A stretch of DNA of 30,942 nucleotides from Thermoanaerobaculia bacterium (GTDB taxonomy: Bacteria; Acidobacteriota; Thermoanaerobaculia; Multivoradales; J023). Positions 17,908 to 30,942 of the stretch are shown here, piece by piece (the stretch's first letter is position 1; the number at the start of each line of letters is the position of its first letter). The stretch lies in contig DASWIG010000167.1 of the NCBI GenBank assembly GCA_036397835.1, positions 1-30,942 on the forward strand, in the 5' to 3' direction. The notes under the pieces are model-generated. The model was not told the origin of the DNA. It ran no database searches and saw nothing but the letters and a program-made list of their open reading frames with translations. A program made the translations under genes and the position numbers.

Positions 17908-19533
17908 TCAGCCGTCCTCGCTCAGGCGTTGCAGGTTCCGGAGCGCCAGCTCGTTGTTCGGGCTGATGCGCAGGAGACGCTCGAACAGCTCCCGTGCCTC
18001 TTCCTTCTCCCCCTTCATCATCACCACCACGGCGAGGTCGTTGAGCGCCGGCACGTGCTCGGGGACGAGCTCGAGCGCGCGGCGCAGGTCCTGCTCGGCG
18101 GCGGCCGCGTCCTCGAGGGCCATGCGGACGACGCCGCGCTGGTAATAGGCGTCGACGTTGTCCGGGAAGCGCTCGACCGTGGCCTCGCACGAGCGCAGCG
18201 CGTCCTCGTAGCGCTCGAGCGAGGCCAGCAGCCGCACCTCGAGCAGCCGCGGACGCACGTCGTCCGGCGTCAGCGCGATCTCCTGGCGCAGCACCGCCAG
18301 GGCCTTCTGCGGCTCGCCGCCCGCCACCGCTTCCTGGACCTCGCGCAGCAGCTCGTTCACGGGATCCTGCGCCGCCGCCTCGGCCGCCTGCCGGCGGGCC
18401 TGCGCTTCCTCGGCGAGCCGGCGGAGGCTCTCGCGGGCCGCGCCCGCCTCGGCGTCTCGTCCGGCGGCGGTCAACGCCTCGCCCAGGCTCTCCCACGCGA
18501 GCTGCTCCCGCGGCCCGATCTCGGCCGCCCTCTCGAGATACGGGAGGGCGTCGGCGGCCCGGCCCGTCGACGCCAGCGCACGGCCGTAGTCGAGGAGCAC
18601 CCGGTAGGCGACGGGACCGCCGGCGGACGCGTGCGACGTCACCTGGCGGGCGAACGGCTCGAGCGCGGCGGCGGCCGCGGCGAGGTCGCCGCCCTCGCGG
18701 TGTGCTTCGGCCAGCAGCAGGGCGAGGCGCGGGTCGCCGTCCACCCGGCCGTCGAGCAGCGCCACCGCGTCGCCCGCCCGGCCCACGCGGAGGTAGCTGC
18801 CGGCGAGCACCCGGAGCACGTCGGTGCGCAGCTCGGGCGGCGCGGCCTCGCGCAGGCGCTCGAGCGCCACGATGGCGCTCTGGGGGTCGCCGGTCTGGCT
18901 CAGGTACTGCGCGCGCAGCAGGGCCACGCGCGGCTCGTCGGGCAGGCCCTGGAACAGGGGTGCCACCTCTTCGCCGTGTCCGAGCGTCAGGCCGGCGGCG
19001 ATGAGGGCGATCCGCGCCGGCACGTCGCCGAGGTTCTGCGCCACCCACGCGCGCAGCAGCAGGAAGGAGTCCGCCACCCGACCCTGGGCGCCGCGCAGGA
19101 GCCCCAGCTCGCGGGTGGCGGGCGAGACCGCCACCTTGGCGACCGAGCGCTCGAGATAGGCCTCGGCCGCCGCGGCTTCGCCCACGGCGAGGGCCGCGCG
19201 CCCGGCGTTGTAGAGCACCGCGGGATCGGCCGCCTCGCCGTCGGCCACCGCCCGCAGCGCGTCCAGGGCCTCGGCGGCGCGGCCCGCCTCGAGGTAGAGC
19301 GTGCCCAGGAGCGCCAGGTCCACGTGGGTGGCGGCGCCGGTCTGCCGCTGCCGTTCGAGGAGCTCGATCGCTCCCGTCGCGTCGTCCTGCCGGAGCCGTT
19401 CGTAGGCCTGCCGGCCGACCTCCGAGAACTCGGCCGGGTTCTGGGCCGGCGCCTCGCTCTGGGCGAGGGCCGAGGCGGCGGCGAGGACGGCGCCGAGCAG
19501 AAATGGGATGAGGCGGTTGGCTTGGGTCGGCAT
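17908..19533 (-). CDS. Secreted TPR-repeat protein
   Basis: The ATG at 19533 gives a signal peptide MPTQANRLIPFLLGAVLAAASALAQSEA. The body is all TPR-like helical repeats (AxxYxxLG..A pattern). The track's longer version, starting at 19623, adds an Arg/Pro-rich leader that is unlikely to be real. Confidence 0.65.
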   Translation of the reverse strand: MPTQANRLIPFLLGAVLAAASALAQSEAPAQNPAEFSEVGRQAYERLRQDDATGAIELLERQRQTGAATHVDLALLGTLYLEAGRAAEALDALRAVADGEAADPAVLYNAGRAALAVGEAAAAEAYLERSVAKVAVSPATRELGLLRGAQGRVADSFLLLRAWVAQNLGDVPARIALIAAGLTLGHGEEVAPLFQGLPDEPRVALLRAQYLSQTGDPQSAIVALERLREAAPPELRTDVLRVLAGSYLRVGRAGDAVALLDGRVDGDPRLALLLAEAHREGGDLAAAAAALEPFARQVTSHASAGGPVAYRVLLDYGRALASTGRAADALPYLERAAEIGPREQLAWESLGEALTAAGRDAEAGAARESLRRLAEEAQARRQAAEAAAQDPVNELLREVQEAVAGGEPQKALAVLRQEIALTPDDVRPRLLEVRLLASLERYEDALRSCEATVERFPDNVDAYYQRGVVRMALEDAAAAEQDLRRALELVPEHVPALNDLAVVVMMKGEKEEARELFERLLRISPNNELALRNLQRLSEDG

Positions 19534-19643
19534 CACGGGTCCCCCTGAGTGTGTGAAAGGCGCCGGCCGCAATCGAGGGGGTGGTTCGTTGAGGTATTCT
19601 CGCGGTCGGCGGTGCGCCGGCAAGACGAACGGCGTAAGGAAGG

Positions 19644-20783
19644 ATGATAATGTACGCGGCCCTACGGCGCGGAACGATCGTGGTCTGGATCGCCTGCTCG
19701 GCGGTGCGAGCGGTGCCGGCGCAGGCGGGCACGGAGGAGCTGCTGGCGCGCGCCGCCGCCGACCTCACGGCCGGCCGCTTCGCCGCCGCGGAAATAGTCT
19801 ACCGCGAGCTCGCCGCGCGCCAGCCGGGTCTGATCGACGCCCACCGCGGCCTGTCGCGGGCGCTCGCCGCGCAGCAGCGCCGGAGCGAGGCCGCCGCGGT
19901 GCTCGGCGGTCTCGGCGAGGGTCTCCTGGGCGCGGGACGGCACGCCGCCGCCGCCGAGGTGCTCGGCGAGGCCGCGGAGCTCGCCGCCGCGGACCCTCGC
20001 CTCCAGGCGCTGCTGGGCAAGGCCCGCCTCTTCGCGCAGAGCCCGCAAGCGGCCATCGCGCCGCTCGAGCGCGCCCGCGAGCTCGGCGACGCCAGCCTCC
20101 TCACCCGCCTCTACCTCGCCGCCGCCCTGTGGGAGAGCGGACGCCCGGAGGCCGCCGAGAGGCTCTACCGCGAGCTCGTCGCCGGCGCCGCCGGGCCTTT
20201 CGCCGCCGTCCACCAGCTCGGCCGCCTGCTGCTCTGGCAGGGCCGCTTCGCCGAGGCCGCGCCGCTGCTCGAGCGGGCCGCCGCCGAGCGTCCCGCCGCC
20301 GCCGACGTGCGCTTCGACCTGGCGCAGGCCCTGGCCGGCGCCGGCGAGCTCGACGGCGCCCTCGCCGCCTACCGGCGCACCGTGGAGCTCTCGCCCGGCC
20401 ACTACAAGGCCTTCTACGGCCTCGCCCGCGTGCTGGCGCGGCTTGGCGGCCAGGACGCCGCCGCCCGCGAGGCCCTCGCCACCTACCAGCGCCTCTACGC
20501 CGCCGAGCAGGAGGCGACGCGGCGCGAGAACCTGGAGCGCGCCCGCCTCGACCGCGGCTGGAAGGCGATCGAGGACGGCGCCTACCGCGAGGCGATCGGC
20601 CTTTTCGAGCGTCTCGGCGCCAGTCCCGAGGCCCTTGCCGGCACCGCCGCCGCCTGGACGCTTCTCGGCGATCCGGCGCGCGCCGCCGAGCACCTCGAAC
20701 GGGCGGTGGCCCTGGCGCCGGAGCGCGAGGACCTGCGGCGTCTGCTCGCCGAGGCCCGGCTGGCGGCCGGTGGAGATACCTGA
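19644..20783 (+). CDS. TPR-repeat protein (secreted or periplasmic)
   Basis: The N-terminus MIMYAALRRGTIVVWIACSAVRAVPAQAG is signal-like, and AAGGAAGG lies upstream. TPR-like repeats run throughout. Its stop overlaps the next gene's start (TGATG). Confidence 0.6.
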   Translation: MIMYAALRRGTIVVWIACSAVRAVPAQAGTEELLARAAADLTAGRFAAAEIVYRELAARQPGLIDAHRGLSRALAAQQRRSEAAAVLGGLGEGLLGAGRHAAAAEVLGEAAELAAADPRLQALLGKARLFAQSPQAAIAPLERARELGDASLLTRLYLAAALWESGRPEAAERLYRELVAGAAGPFAAVHQLGRLLLWQGRFAEAAPLLERAAAERPAAADVRFDLAQALAGAGELDGALAAYRRTVELSPGHYKAFYGLARVLARLGGQDAAAREALATYQRLYAAEQEATRRENLERARLDRGWKAIEDGAYREAIGLFERLGASPEALAGTAAAWTLLGDPARAAEHLERAVALAPEREDLRRLLAEARLAAGGDT

Positions 20784-22411
20784 TGGTGCGGCTCGCCCTC
20801 GTGGGCCTCGTCCTGGCGGCGCCGCCGGCCGGCGACGACCCCTGCGCCACCCCGCGCTTCACCGAGACCGCCGCCGACGCCGGCGTCGTCTTCACCCACG
20901 ACCCGGGCTCCCGCGGCGAATACCACCTGCCGGAGTCGATGGGCGCCGGGCTCGCCTGGCTCGACTACGACGGCGACGGCTGGAGCGACCTCTACGCCGT
21001 GCAGTCGGGCCCCTTCCCAGGCGGCGGCGAACCCGGCCGTCTGTGGCGCAACCTGGGAACGGGCGACGACGGCCGCGCGACCTTCGAGGACGTGACCGAG
21101 CGCGCCTTGCCCGACGCCGGCGGCTACGGCCAGGGCGCCCTCGCCGCCGACCTCGACGGCGACGGCTGGACCGATCTCTACCTGACCCGCTTCGGCCCCG
21201 ACGCCTTCCTGCGCAACCGAGGCGACGGAACCTTCGAGGACGCGACCGCGGCCTTCGGCCTCGGCCTTCCCGGCTGGAGCTCCTCGGCCGCCGCCGCCGA
21301 CGCCGACGGCGACGGCGAACTCGACCTCTACGTGACCCGCTACCTGGTCTACGACCCGTCCGAGGAGCTCTTCTGCGGCGACCTCGAGCGCGGCCTGCGC
21401 CGCTTCTGCGACCCGGTGCTCTTCGCCGGCGCCGAGGACCGCTTCTTCGTCAACCGGGGAGGCCGTTTCGAGGACGCCACCGCCGCCGCGGGCCTCGCCG
21501 GCGCCGCCGGCAAGGGCCTCGGCGTGGTCTTCACCGACCTCGACGGCGACCGCCGTCCCGACCTCTACGTGGCCAACGACCTGACGCCGAACTTCCTCTT
21601 CCGCAACCTCGGCCGGCGTTTCGAGGACGTCTCCCTCTTCTCCGGCGCCGCCGCCAACCGCGAAGGCGCCTTCGAGGCCGGCATGGGGATCGCCGTCGGC
21701 GACGTCGACGGCGACGGCGACCCCGATCTCGCGGTGACCAACTTCGACGTCGAGACCAACACGCTCTACCTCAACCTCGGTTCGATGCAATTCGAGGACG
21801 TCTCGGCCCGCAGCGGCTTCGGCACTCCGTCGTTCAACCTCCTCGGCTTCGGCGTCGCTTTGGCCGACTTTGACCGCGACGGCGGCCTCGACGCCTGGGT
21901 GGCCAACGGCCACATCTTCGAGCATCCGCCGCGCGAGAACGTCACCCACGCCCAGCGCGACTTGCTGCTGCTCGGCGACGGCCGCGGCGGCTTCCGCGAG
22001 CGTCGCTGCCCGTGGCTCGAGGAGAGGCCGCTGGTTGGCCGCGGCCTCGCCGTGGCCGACTACGACCGCGACGGCGACGCGGACGTGGCGATCGTCAACA
22101 ACGGCGGTCCGCTGCAACTGTGGCGCAACGACGCCGAGGCGGGCGGCTGGCTCGCCGTGGAGGCCGAGAGCGTGGGGACGACGGTGGACGTCGTCGACGC
22201 CGGCGGCCGCCGCCGGCGCCGCTGGGTGACGGCGGGAGACAGCTACCAGTCGACCAGCGAGCGGCGGCCGCTCTTCGGGCTGGGCGCGTCCTCGCCGGCG
22301 GCGGTCGAGGTCGCCTGGCCCGACGGCCGGCGGACGCGATTGCAGGGCCTGCGCCCCTCCCCCGGCGGCTCCGGCGACCGCGGTGCGGGGCTGGCCATGC
22401 GCTTCCGGTGA
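20783..22411 (+). CDS. FG-GAP/VCBS repeat protein with C-terminal ASPIC/UnbV domain (CRTAC1 family)
   Basis: DxDGDGxxD FG-GAP calcium-binding repeats recur (LDYDGDGWSDLY, DLDGDGWTDLYL, DADGDGELDLYV, DVDGDGDPDLAV, DYDRDGDADVAI). The C-terminus RRWVTAGDSYQSTSERRPLFGLG...VEVAWPDGR is typical of ASPIC/UnbV. The start overlaps the upstream TPR stop. The first 425 codons of track ORF 19508..22411 are a different gene and its frame extension. Confidence 0.8.
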   Translation: MVRLALVGLVLAAPPAGDDPCATPRFTETAADAGVVFTHDPGSRGEYHLPESMGAGLAWLDYDGDGWSDLYAVQSGPFPGGGEPGRLWRNLGTGDDGRATFEDVTERALPDAGGYGQGALAADLDGDGWTDLYLTRFGPDAFLRNRGDGTFEDATAAFGLGLPGWSSSAAAADADGDGELDLYVTRYLVYDPSEELFCGDLERGLRRFCDPVLFAGAEDRFFVNRGGRFEDATAAAGLAGAAGKGLGVVFTDLDGDRRPDLYVANDLTPNFLFRNLGRRFEDVSLFSGAAANREGAFEAGMGIAVGDVDGDGDPDLAVTNFDVETNTLYLNLGSMQFEDVSARSGFGTPSFNLLGFGVALADFDRDGGLDAWVANGHIFEHPPRENVTHAQRDLLLLGDGRGGFRERRCPWLEERPLVGRGLAVADYDRDGDADVAIVNNGGPLQLWRNDAEAGGWLAVEAESVGTTVDVVDAGGRRRRRWVTAGDSYQSTSERRPLFGLGASSPAAVEVAWPDGRRTRLQGLRPSPGGSGDRGAGLAMRFR

Positions 22412-22426
22412 TTCCGGGAACCGGGG

Positions 22427-22760
22427 TGCAGGCGCTGCAATGCACCTCGGCCAATTCCCGAAACTGGATTGCAGGCACTGCATCGCACCTTCGCCAATTG
22501 CCGGAAGTGCGCTGCAGGGTCTGCAACGCACTTTTGCCAATTGAGGAAGTAGCATTGCAGGCACTGCAGCGCACCCTGCCAATTGCCGGAAGTGCGTTGC
22601 AGCGGCTGCAACGCACCTCTGCCAATTGAGGAAGTTGCATTGCAGGAGCTGCAGCGTACTTCTGCCAATTCACAGAAGCGCATTGCAGAGGCTGCAGCGC
22701 TACTTTCCTAATCGAGGCAATAGCGTTGCAGAGGCTGCAACGTCACGGTCACGGCGGTGC
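22427..22760. repeat. Intergenic tandem array of about 8 copies of a 42-43-bp palindromic unit (not CRISPR)
   Basis: Units start at 22427, 22470, 22513, 22556, 22598, 22641, 22684 and 22727. Each contains TGCAGNNNCTGCA(N)CGCAC, which together with the preceding GTGCG forms an 11-bp-arm inverted repeat (GTGCGCTGCAG-N3-CTGCAGCGCAC). An 18-20-bp linker follows, carrying GCCAATTG (CAATTG palindrome). Linkers alternate between two variants (..ccggaagtgcg. and ..aggaagtWgcat), which points to an 86-bp higher-order repeat. The terminal copies are degenerate. Confidence 0.85.
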
Positions 22761-22924
22761 AGTCGGCTGACTCCTTCCCGCAAGTGCTGAAAACACGTGG
22801 CTTACGCCAAAGCGACTCGGTCCGGCAGGAAGATCCGGGAAACTGGATATCCCAGACAGACATAGACGATGGGAGCGCAGGCGAGACGCTTGCTCGCCTC
22901 ATCTGCACTCCCTGCGGGCGCCGT

Positions 22925-23403
22925 TCAGCTCCGACGCACCAGGATCCTGCCGGCCAACTCCAGCGCCGCCGCGCCCGCCGCTTCCAGGAAGCTGGCGATC
23001 GACGCCGGGCAGCGCGCCAGGCCGTCGGCGAGGTTCAGCGCCTCCGTCAGCTCCGGATTGCCGTGGCGCAGCCGGCCCACGGCGCGGCCGTCCCGATAGA
23101 GCACGGGACCGCCGGCGTCCTCCGGGTCGACGGAGAAGCTCCGCGTCCGGTCTACCAACGGCAGGAATGCGGCGGCGAGCAGGGCCGTGTCGCGGTCGGT
23201 GAGGGTGCCGAAGGGCTCGTCGCCGTCCTCCGGATTCTCCCACATGCGAACAGGCCGTAGCGCTCGTCGCCGAGCGGCACCACGCGCCAGAAGCCGCCGG
23301 TCACCGCCTCGCCGGCGGTCACGGGGTCGTCGTGCTGGTCGAGACTTCGGAGGTAGCTCGGATGGAAGGCGTTGACGAGGGTAGAATCGTCTTGATCGGG
23401 CAT
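22925..23403 (-). pseudogene. Acidic hypothetical protein gene disrupted by a frameshift near 23246
   Basis: Two abutting minus-strand ORFs, 23403..23152 (MPDQDDSTLVNAFHPSYL...GDERYGLFA) and 23245..22925 (MWENPEDGDEPFGTLTDRD...ELAGRILVRRS), are colinear in adjacent frames and overlap at ggcctgttcgcatgtgggag. Joined, they would give an acidic protein of about 160 aa. It is divergent from hsdM. A 3' remnant of a paralogue lies at 5845..5962. Confidence 0.55.
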
Positions 23404-23555
23404 TGGGTGTACTCCTTTGCCTGGTCAGGTCCGGGCGAGCGCCAACTCGCTCGGGCCGTCTTGGTTTTGTGAAGCGGATGCTCCGTTACCGCTAAGAGTA
23501 GCCGGATTCCGGGGACAAGTCAACCCTCGAGAGCGTCAAAGGCTGGGATTCTTCG

Positions 23556-25491
<1,936 letters not shown>

Positions 25492-25499
<8 letters not shown>

Positions 25500-26745
25500 T
25501 GCAGGAACCATGGAGCGGGCTGTTACCAATGCCGAGCTTGGGGCCTCCATGCTTCCACGTGAGTGGGAGATCGTCGAGTTTGACGCCTCTATTCAGAAAG
25601 GCCGACTGCCGGTCAGGAAAATCAAGTCTTCGGATTACATGGCAAAGGGCCGGTTCCCTATAGTAGACCAAGGCCAAGGACTGATTGCCGGATACTGGGA
25701 TGACTCGGATGGATTGTATGATGGCCAGGAACCGGTTATTGTCTTCGGTGATCACACTCGCACCTTCAAATACATAGATTTCCCGTTCTTTGCCGGCGCC
25801 GATGGTACACAGATCCTGCGACCTAACACGAAGATCTTTGATCCTCGCTTTCTGTACTATGCCCTCACATTCCTGTCAATTCCGAGCCGGGGATATAATA
25901 GACATTACTCGATTCTACGACAGAAACACCTGTCAAGACCACCGCTAAGCGAACAACGAGCCATCGCCCATGTCCTGCGGACGGTGCAGCGAGCGAAGGA
26001 AGCGACGGAGAAGGTCATCGCCGCCGCCCGTCAACTCAAGCAGAGCCTCATGCGTCATCTGTTCACTTATGGCCCCGTTCCGTTCCACGAGGCCGGCCAA
26101 GTGGACATTCGCGGAACAGATTTCGGCGCAGCGCCAGCGAACTGGACGATAATGCGATTGGACGAGTGCGCCGAAGTTCAAACAGGGGTAGCGAAGGGTC
26201 GCAAGCTCAATTCGACAGAAACCGTGACGCTTCCCTATCTTCGCGTTGCGAACGTCCAAGATGGCTTTCTCGATCTGACGGAGATAAAGACCTTGACGAT
26301 TCGCTCCTCAGAAGTAGATCGTTACTCGTTGAGACGCGGCGACGTGGTCCTCACAGAAGGCGGTGATTTCGACAAGTTGGGGCGTGGCTTCATCTGGACC
26401 GAGGAAGTGTCCCTCTGCATCCACCAGAATCACATTTTCGCCGTCCGTGCCAATCGAGAGCTCCTCCTGCCCGAGTTTCTCGCCTACATGACGCAGAGCA
26501 ACTACGGTAAGGCGTATTTCCTCTCCGTCGCGCACAAGACTACAAACCTCGCCTGCATCAACACGACAAAGCTGAAAGCCTTTCCTGCTCTCCTTCCTGA
26601 ATTGGAAGGCCAGCGGAGCATAATAGAGCGACTGCGATTCGTTGATCGCAAGATCGCCGCCGAGGAAGCCAAGAGAAGCAGTCTCGAATCGTTGTTCAGC
26701 TCACTCCTGCACGAGCTAATGACCGGACAAACCCGAGTTGATTAG
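25492..26745 (+). CDS. hsdS: Type I restriction-modification specificity subunit
   Basis: Two target-recognition domains are separated by the conserved central helix (LSEQRAIAHVLRTVQRAKEATEKVIAAARQLKQSLMRHLFTYG). The matching C-terminal conserved helix is LEGQRSIIERLRFVDRKIAAEEAKRSSLESLFSSLLHELMTGQ. GC content is markedly lower than in neighbouring genes. It overlaps hsdM. Confidence 0.85.
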
Positions 26746-26770
26746 CGGATTCTACCAAAGTGAGAGTGTG

Positions 26771-29658
<2,888 letters not shown>

Positions 29659-29659
<1 letters not shown>

Positions 29660-29994
29660 TGAGTCGAGCGACGGCGACGGCCGTGGCCGAGTGGGCGCCG
29701 CTCGAGGACGCGGTGAGCAAGGACGTGCTGCGAGCCGAGATCCGGGTCTGGGCGGATCGGATCGGCGTGGAGGCTAAAGAGGTCCACATCCGTCCGATGC
29801 GTCGCAAGTGGGGCAGTTGCTCCACGGCTGGGCGGGTGACGTTCAGCTTGGACCTCCTCGTCGAGCCGGCGGAATTCCGCAAGCGGGTGATCGTCCACGA
29901 GCTGCTGCACCTGAAGGTGCCGAACCACGGCAAGCTGTTCCGGGCGTTGTTGCGAGCGTACACGGATTCAGGCGAGTCTCCGTCCTCTCCCTGA
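29659..29994 (+). CDS. DUF45 / YgjP-like (M48-related) zinc metallopeptidase, short form
   Basis: The WGSCS motif is followed by the HExxH-containing segment VIVHELLHLKVPNHGKLF, as in the YgjP/DUF45 family. It is translationally coupled to hsdR (TAATG). DUF45 genes are commonly found next to type I hsd operons. Confidence 0.65.
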
Positions 29995-30189
29995 TTCCCA
30001 GCCTGAAATCGGCTCCGGTACAAGTCACTGAGAACAGGGACCTTATCGCCACCGGGCGAAAAAATCTCAAACCCCGCGTCAGAATTCACGGCTCTCATAC
30101 GTCTTACAGGTCTTCAGTAGACGCAAGCACGGATTGCGCGCGTCTCTCAAGTGCCGCTCTCGTTCCCGAGGGGCGGCGACGGAGGACCT

Positions 30190-30942
30190 ATGCGTGGCCT
30201 TCACGACCATATCGTCAAGGAGCTCGGCATCGCCTTCCCGGCCGACCTGCTGGCGCTCGCCCTGCCGCACCTGGCGGCGGCCGCCGACGTGTCGAGGCTC
30301 GAGCTCGTGCCCGGCCGCGAGCGCTTCAACGACCTCCTGCGGGGCCGCCGCTGGTTCCCGGACTTGGTGGCGGAGATCCGCGTGCCCTCCGACCCGGAGC
30401 CGCGGGCATTGGCGCACGTGGAGATCGAGCACGAGTACCGCAAGCGCAAGCTCGTGCGCCTGCGCGATTACAACCACGTGCTCACCCTGGGCACGGGTTT
30501 GCCCGTGCACACGGCGGTGGTCTACCTGCACGGCGGCGAGGCGGGACTGACCCGGTCGAGCTTCGAGCAGGTCTCGTTCGGCGTCCCGGTCACCTTCGCC
30601 TACAACAGCCTGGGGCTCTCGGGAGCATCGGCGCGGGAGTATCTCGCCCGCCCGGAGCCGTTGGCCTGGGCGTTCGCGGTGCTCATGAGCTCCCAGGGCT
30701 TCGGCAGCCGTGCGGAGGCGGCGCTCGCCTGTCTGCGTCGAATCCTGGAGGCCCCCGGGCTCGACGAAGACCGCCGCTTTCGGCTCTTGAACTTCGTGGG
30801 TACATACGTCAAACTGGATGCGCAGACGGCTCCGGAGTACGAGGCCTTGCTCCGCGAGGCGGGATATCGAGAGGTAGAAGCGATGATCACGACGTGGGCA
30901 GACGATCTTCGAGCGGAAGGACGCCAGAAGGGCAAGGAGGAA
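30190..30942 (+). CDS. Rpn (YhgA-like) family PD-(D/E)XK recombination-promoting nuclease / transposase_31-like, 3'-truncated by the window edge
   Basis: The frame is open from ATG 30190 to the window end, with GGAGGA 4 nt upstream. HVEIEHEYRKRKLVRLRDY matches the RpnA-type HVVIEHQSKPDKKMAFRMMRY. The N-terminal HDHIVKEL matches HDAVFKQF. The C-terminal MITTWADDLRAEGRQKGKEE is the typical W...eG.q.G DUF4351-like tail. This ORF is missing from the supplied track, probably because it has no stop codon in the window. Confidence 0.65.
   Translation, partial: MRGLHDHIVKELGIAFPADLLALALPHLAAAADVSRLELVPGRERFNDLLRGRRWFPDLVAEIRVPSDPEPRALAHVEIEHEYRKRKLVRLRDYNHVLTLGTGLPVHTAVVYLHGGEAGLTRSSFEQVSFGVPVTFAYNSLGLSGASAREYLARPEPLAWAFAVLMSSQGFGSRAEAALACLRRILEAPGLDEDRRFRLLNFVGTYVKLDAQTAPEYEALLREAGYREVEAMITTWADDLRAEGRQKGKEE

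Noticed and set aside
16044-19768. ORFs 16044..17966(+), 16276..17634(-), 17753..19768(-) and 17929..19548(+) overlapping pckA and the TPR gene
   Set aside because: They are shadow frames with Arg/Pro/Gly-rich translations. pckA and the TPR protein occupy the frames that have family motifs.
19508-22582. Track ORF 19508..22411 taken as one 967-aa protein. Also 19662..20693(-), 20101..20895(-), 20443..21873(+), 20582..22582(-) and 21870..22229(+)
   Set aside because: The first 425 codons of 19508..22411 are an Arg/Gly/Pro-rich out-of-frame read across the TPR gene. The real ASPIC gene starts at the ATG 20783, coupled to the TPR stop. The others are antisense or alternative frames.
22012-22683. 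ORFs 22012..22629(+), 22095..22673(-) and 22243..22683(-) spanning the repeat array
   Set aside because: Their periodic peptides (..CNALPAIG..) are simply translations of the 43-bp tandem DNA repeat. There is no start context, and the periodicity is a multiple of the DNA unit rather than of codons (43 is not divisible by 3).
22427-22760. CRISPR array interpretation of the tandem repeats
   Set aside because: There are no unique spacers. The entire 43-bp unit, including the part that would be the spacer, is conserved and alternates between two variants. No cas genes are nearby. The unit is an extended palindrome typical of a protein-binding or REP-like repeat.
30079-30550. ORFs 30079..30531(-) and 30134..30550(+) at the window end
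   Set aside because: The frame beginning at ATG 30190 (+) is the one with Rpn/YhgA-family motifs (HVEIEHEYRKRK, C-terminal W..EGRQKGKEE) and a GGAGGA SD. The two listed ORFs are its shadow frames.

Overview
This is a 30.9-kb window of high-GC (about 70%) bacterial chromosome with tightly packed genes; I cannot assign a lineage with confidence. Most of it is core metabolism and housekeeping (topA, glk, mtnA, purD, pckA), interspersed with TPR-repeat proteins and an ASPIC/UnbV FG-GAP protein. Four gene pairs or clusters stand out: (1) a large Rossmann-fold protein followed by a YqiJ (NfeD-like) membrane protein and a YqiK-like flotillin; (2) a ClpX-paralogous AAA+ ATPase that appears to lack the zinc-binding domain, GYVG pore loop and IGF loop; (3) a PSP1/RicT gene that overlaps and is probably translationally coupled to a divergent Hfq-like Sm protein ending in (ERAA)n; (4) a type I R-M island at the 3' end (from about 22.4 kb). 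The island has an hsdM carrying an N-terminal SAP/HeH-like extension, an hsdS with low-GC target-recognition domains, an hsdR, a coupled DUF45 (YgjP-like) zinc peptidase and a partial Rpn (YhgA-like) PD-(D/E)XK nuclease. It is bordered on its 5' side by a frameshifted acidic gene and, beyond that, by an unusual ~43-bp tandem array (about 8 copies) of strongly palindromic units (GTGCGCTGCAG-N3-CTGCAGCGCAC plus CAATTG). That array is not a CRISPR. A 3' remnant of the frameshifted gene, differing mainly by synonymous changes, lies 17 kb away right after the flotillin terminator. Many long ORFs in the supplied track are GC-driven antisense or alternative-frame artefacts and were rejected. No tRNA or rRNA was seen.
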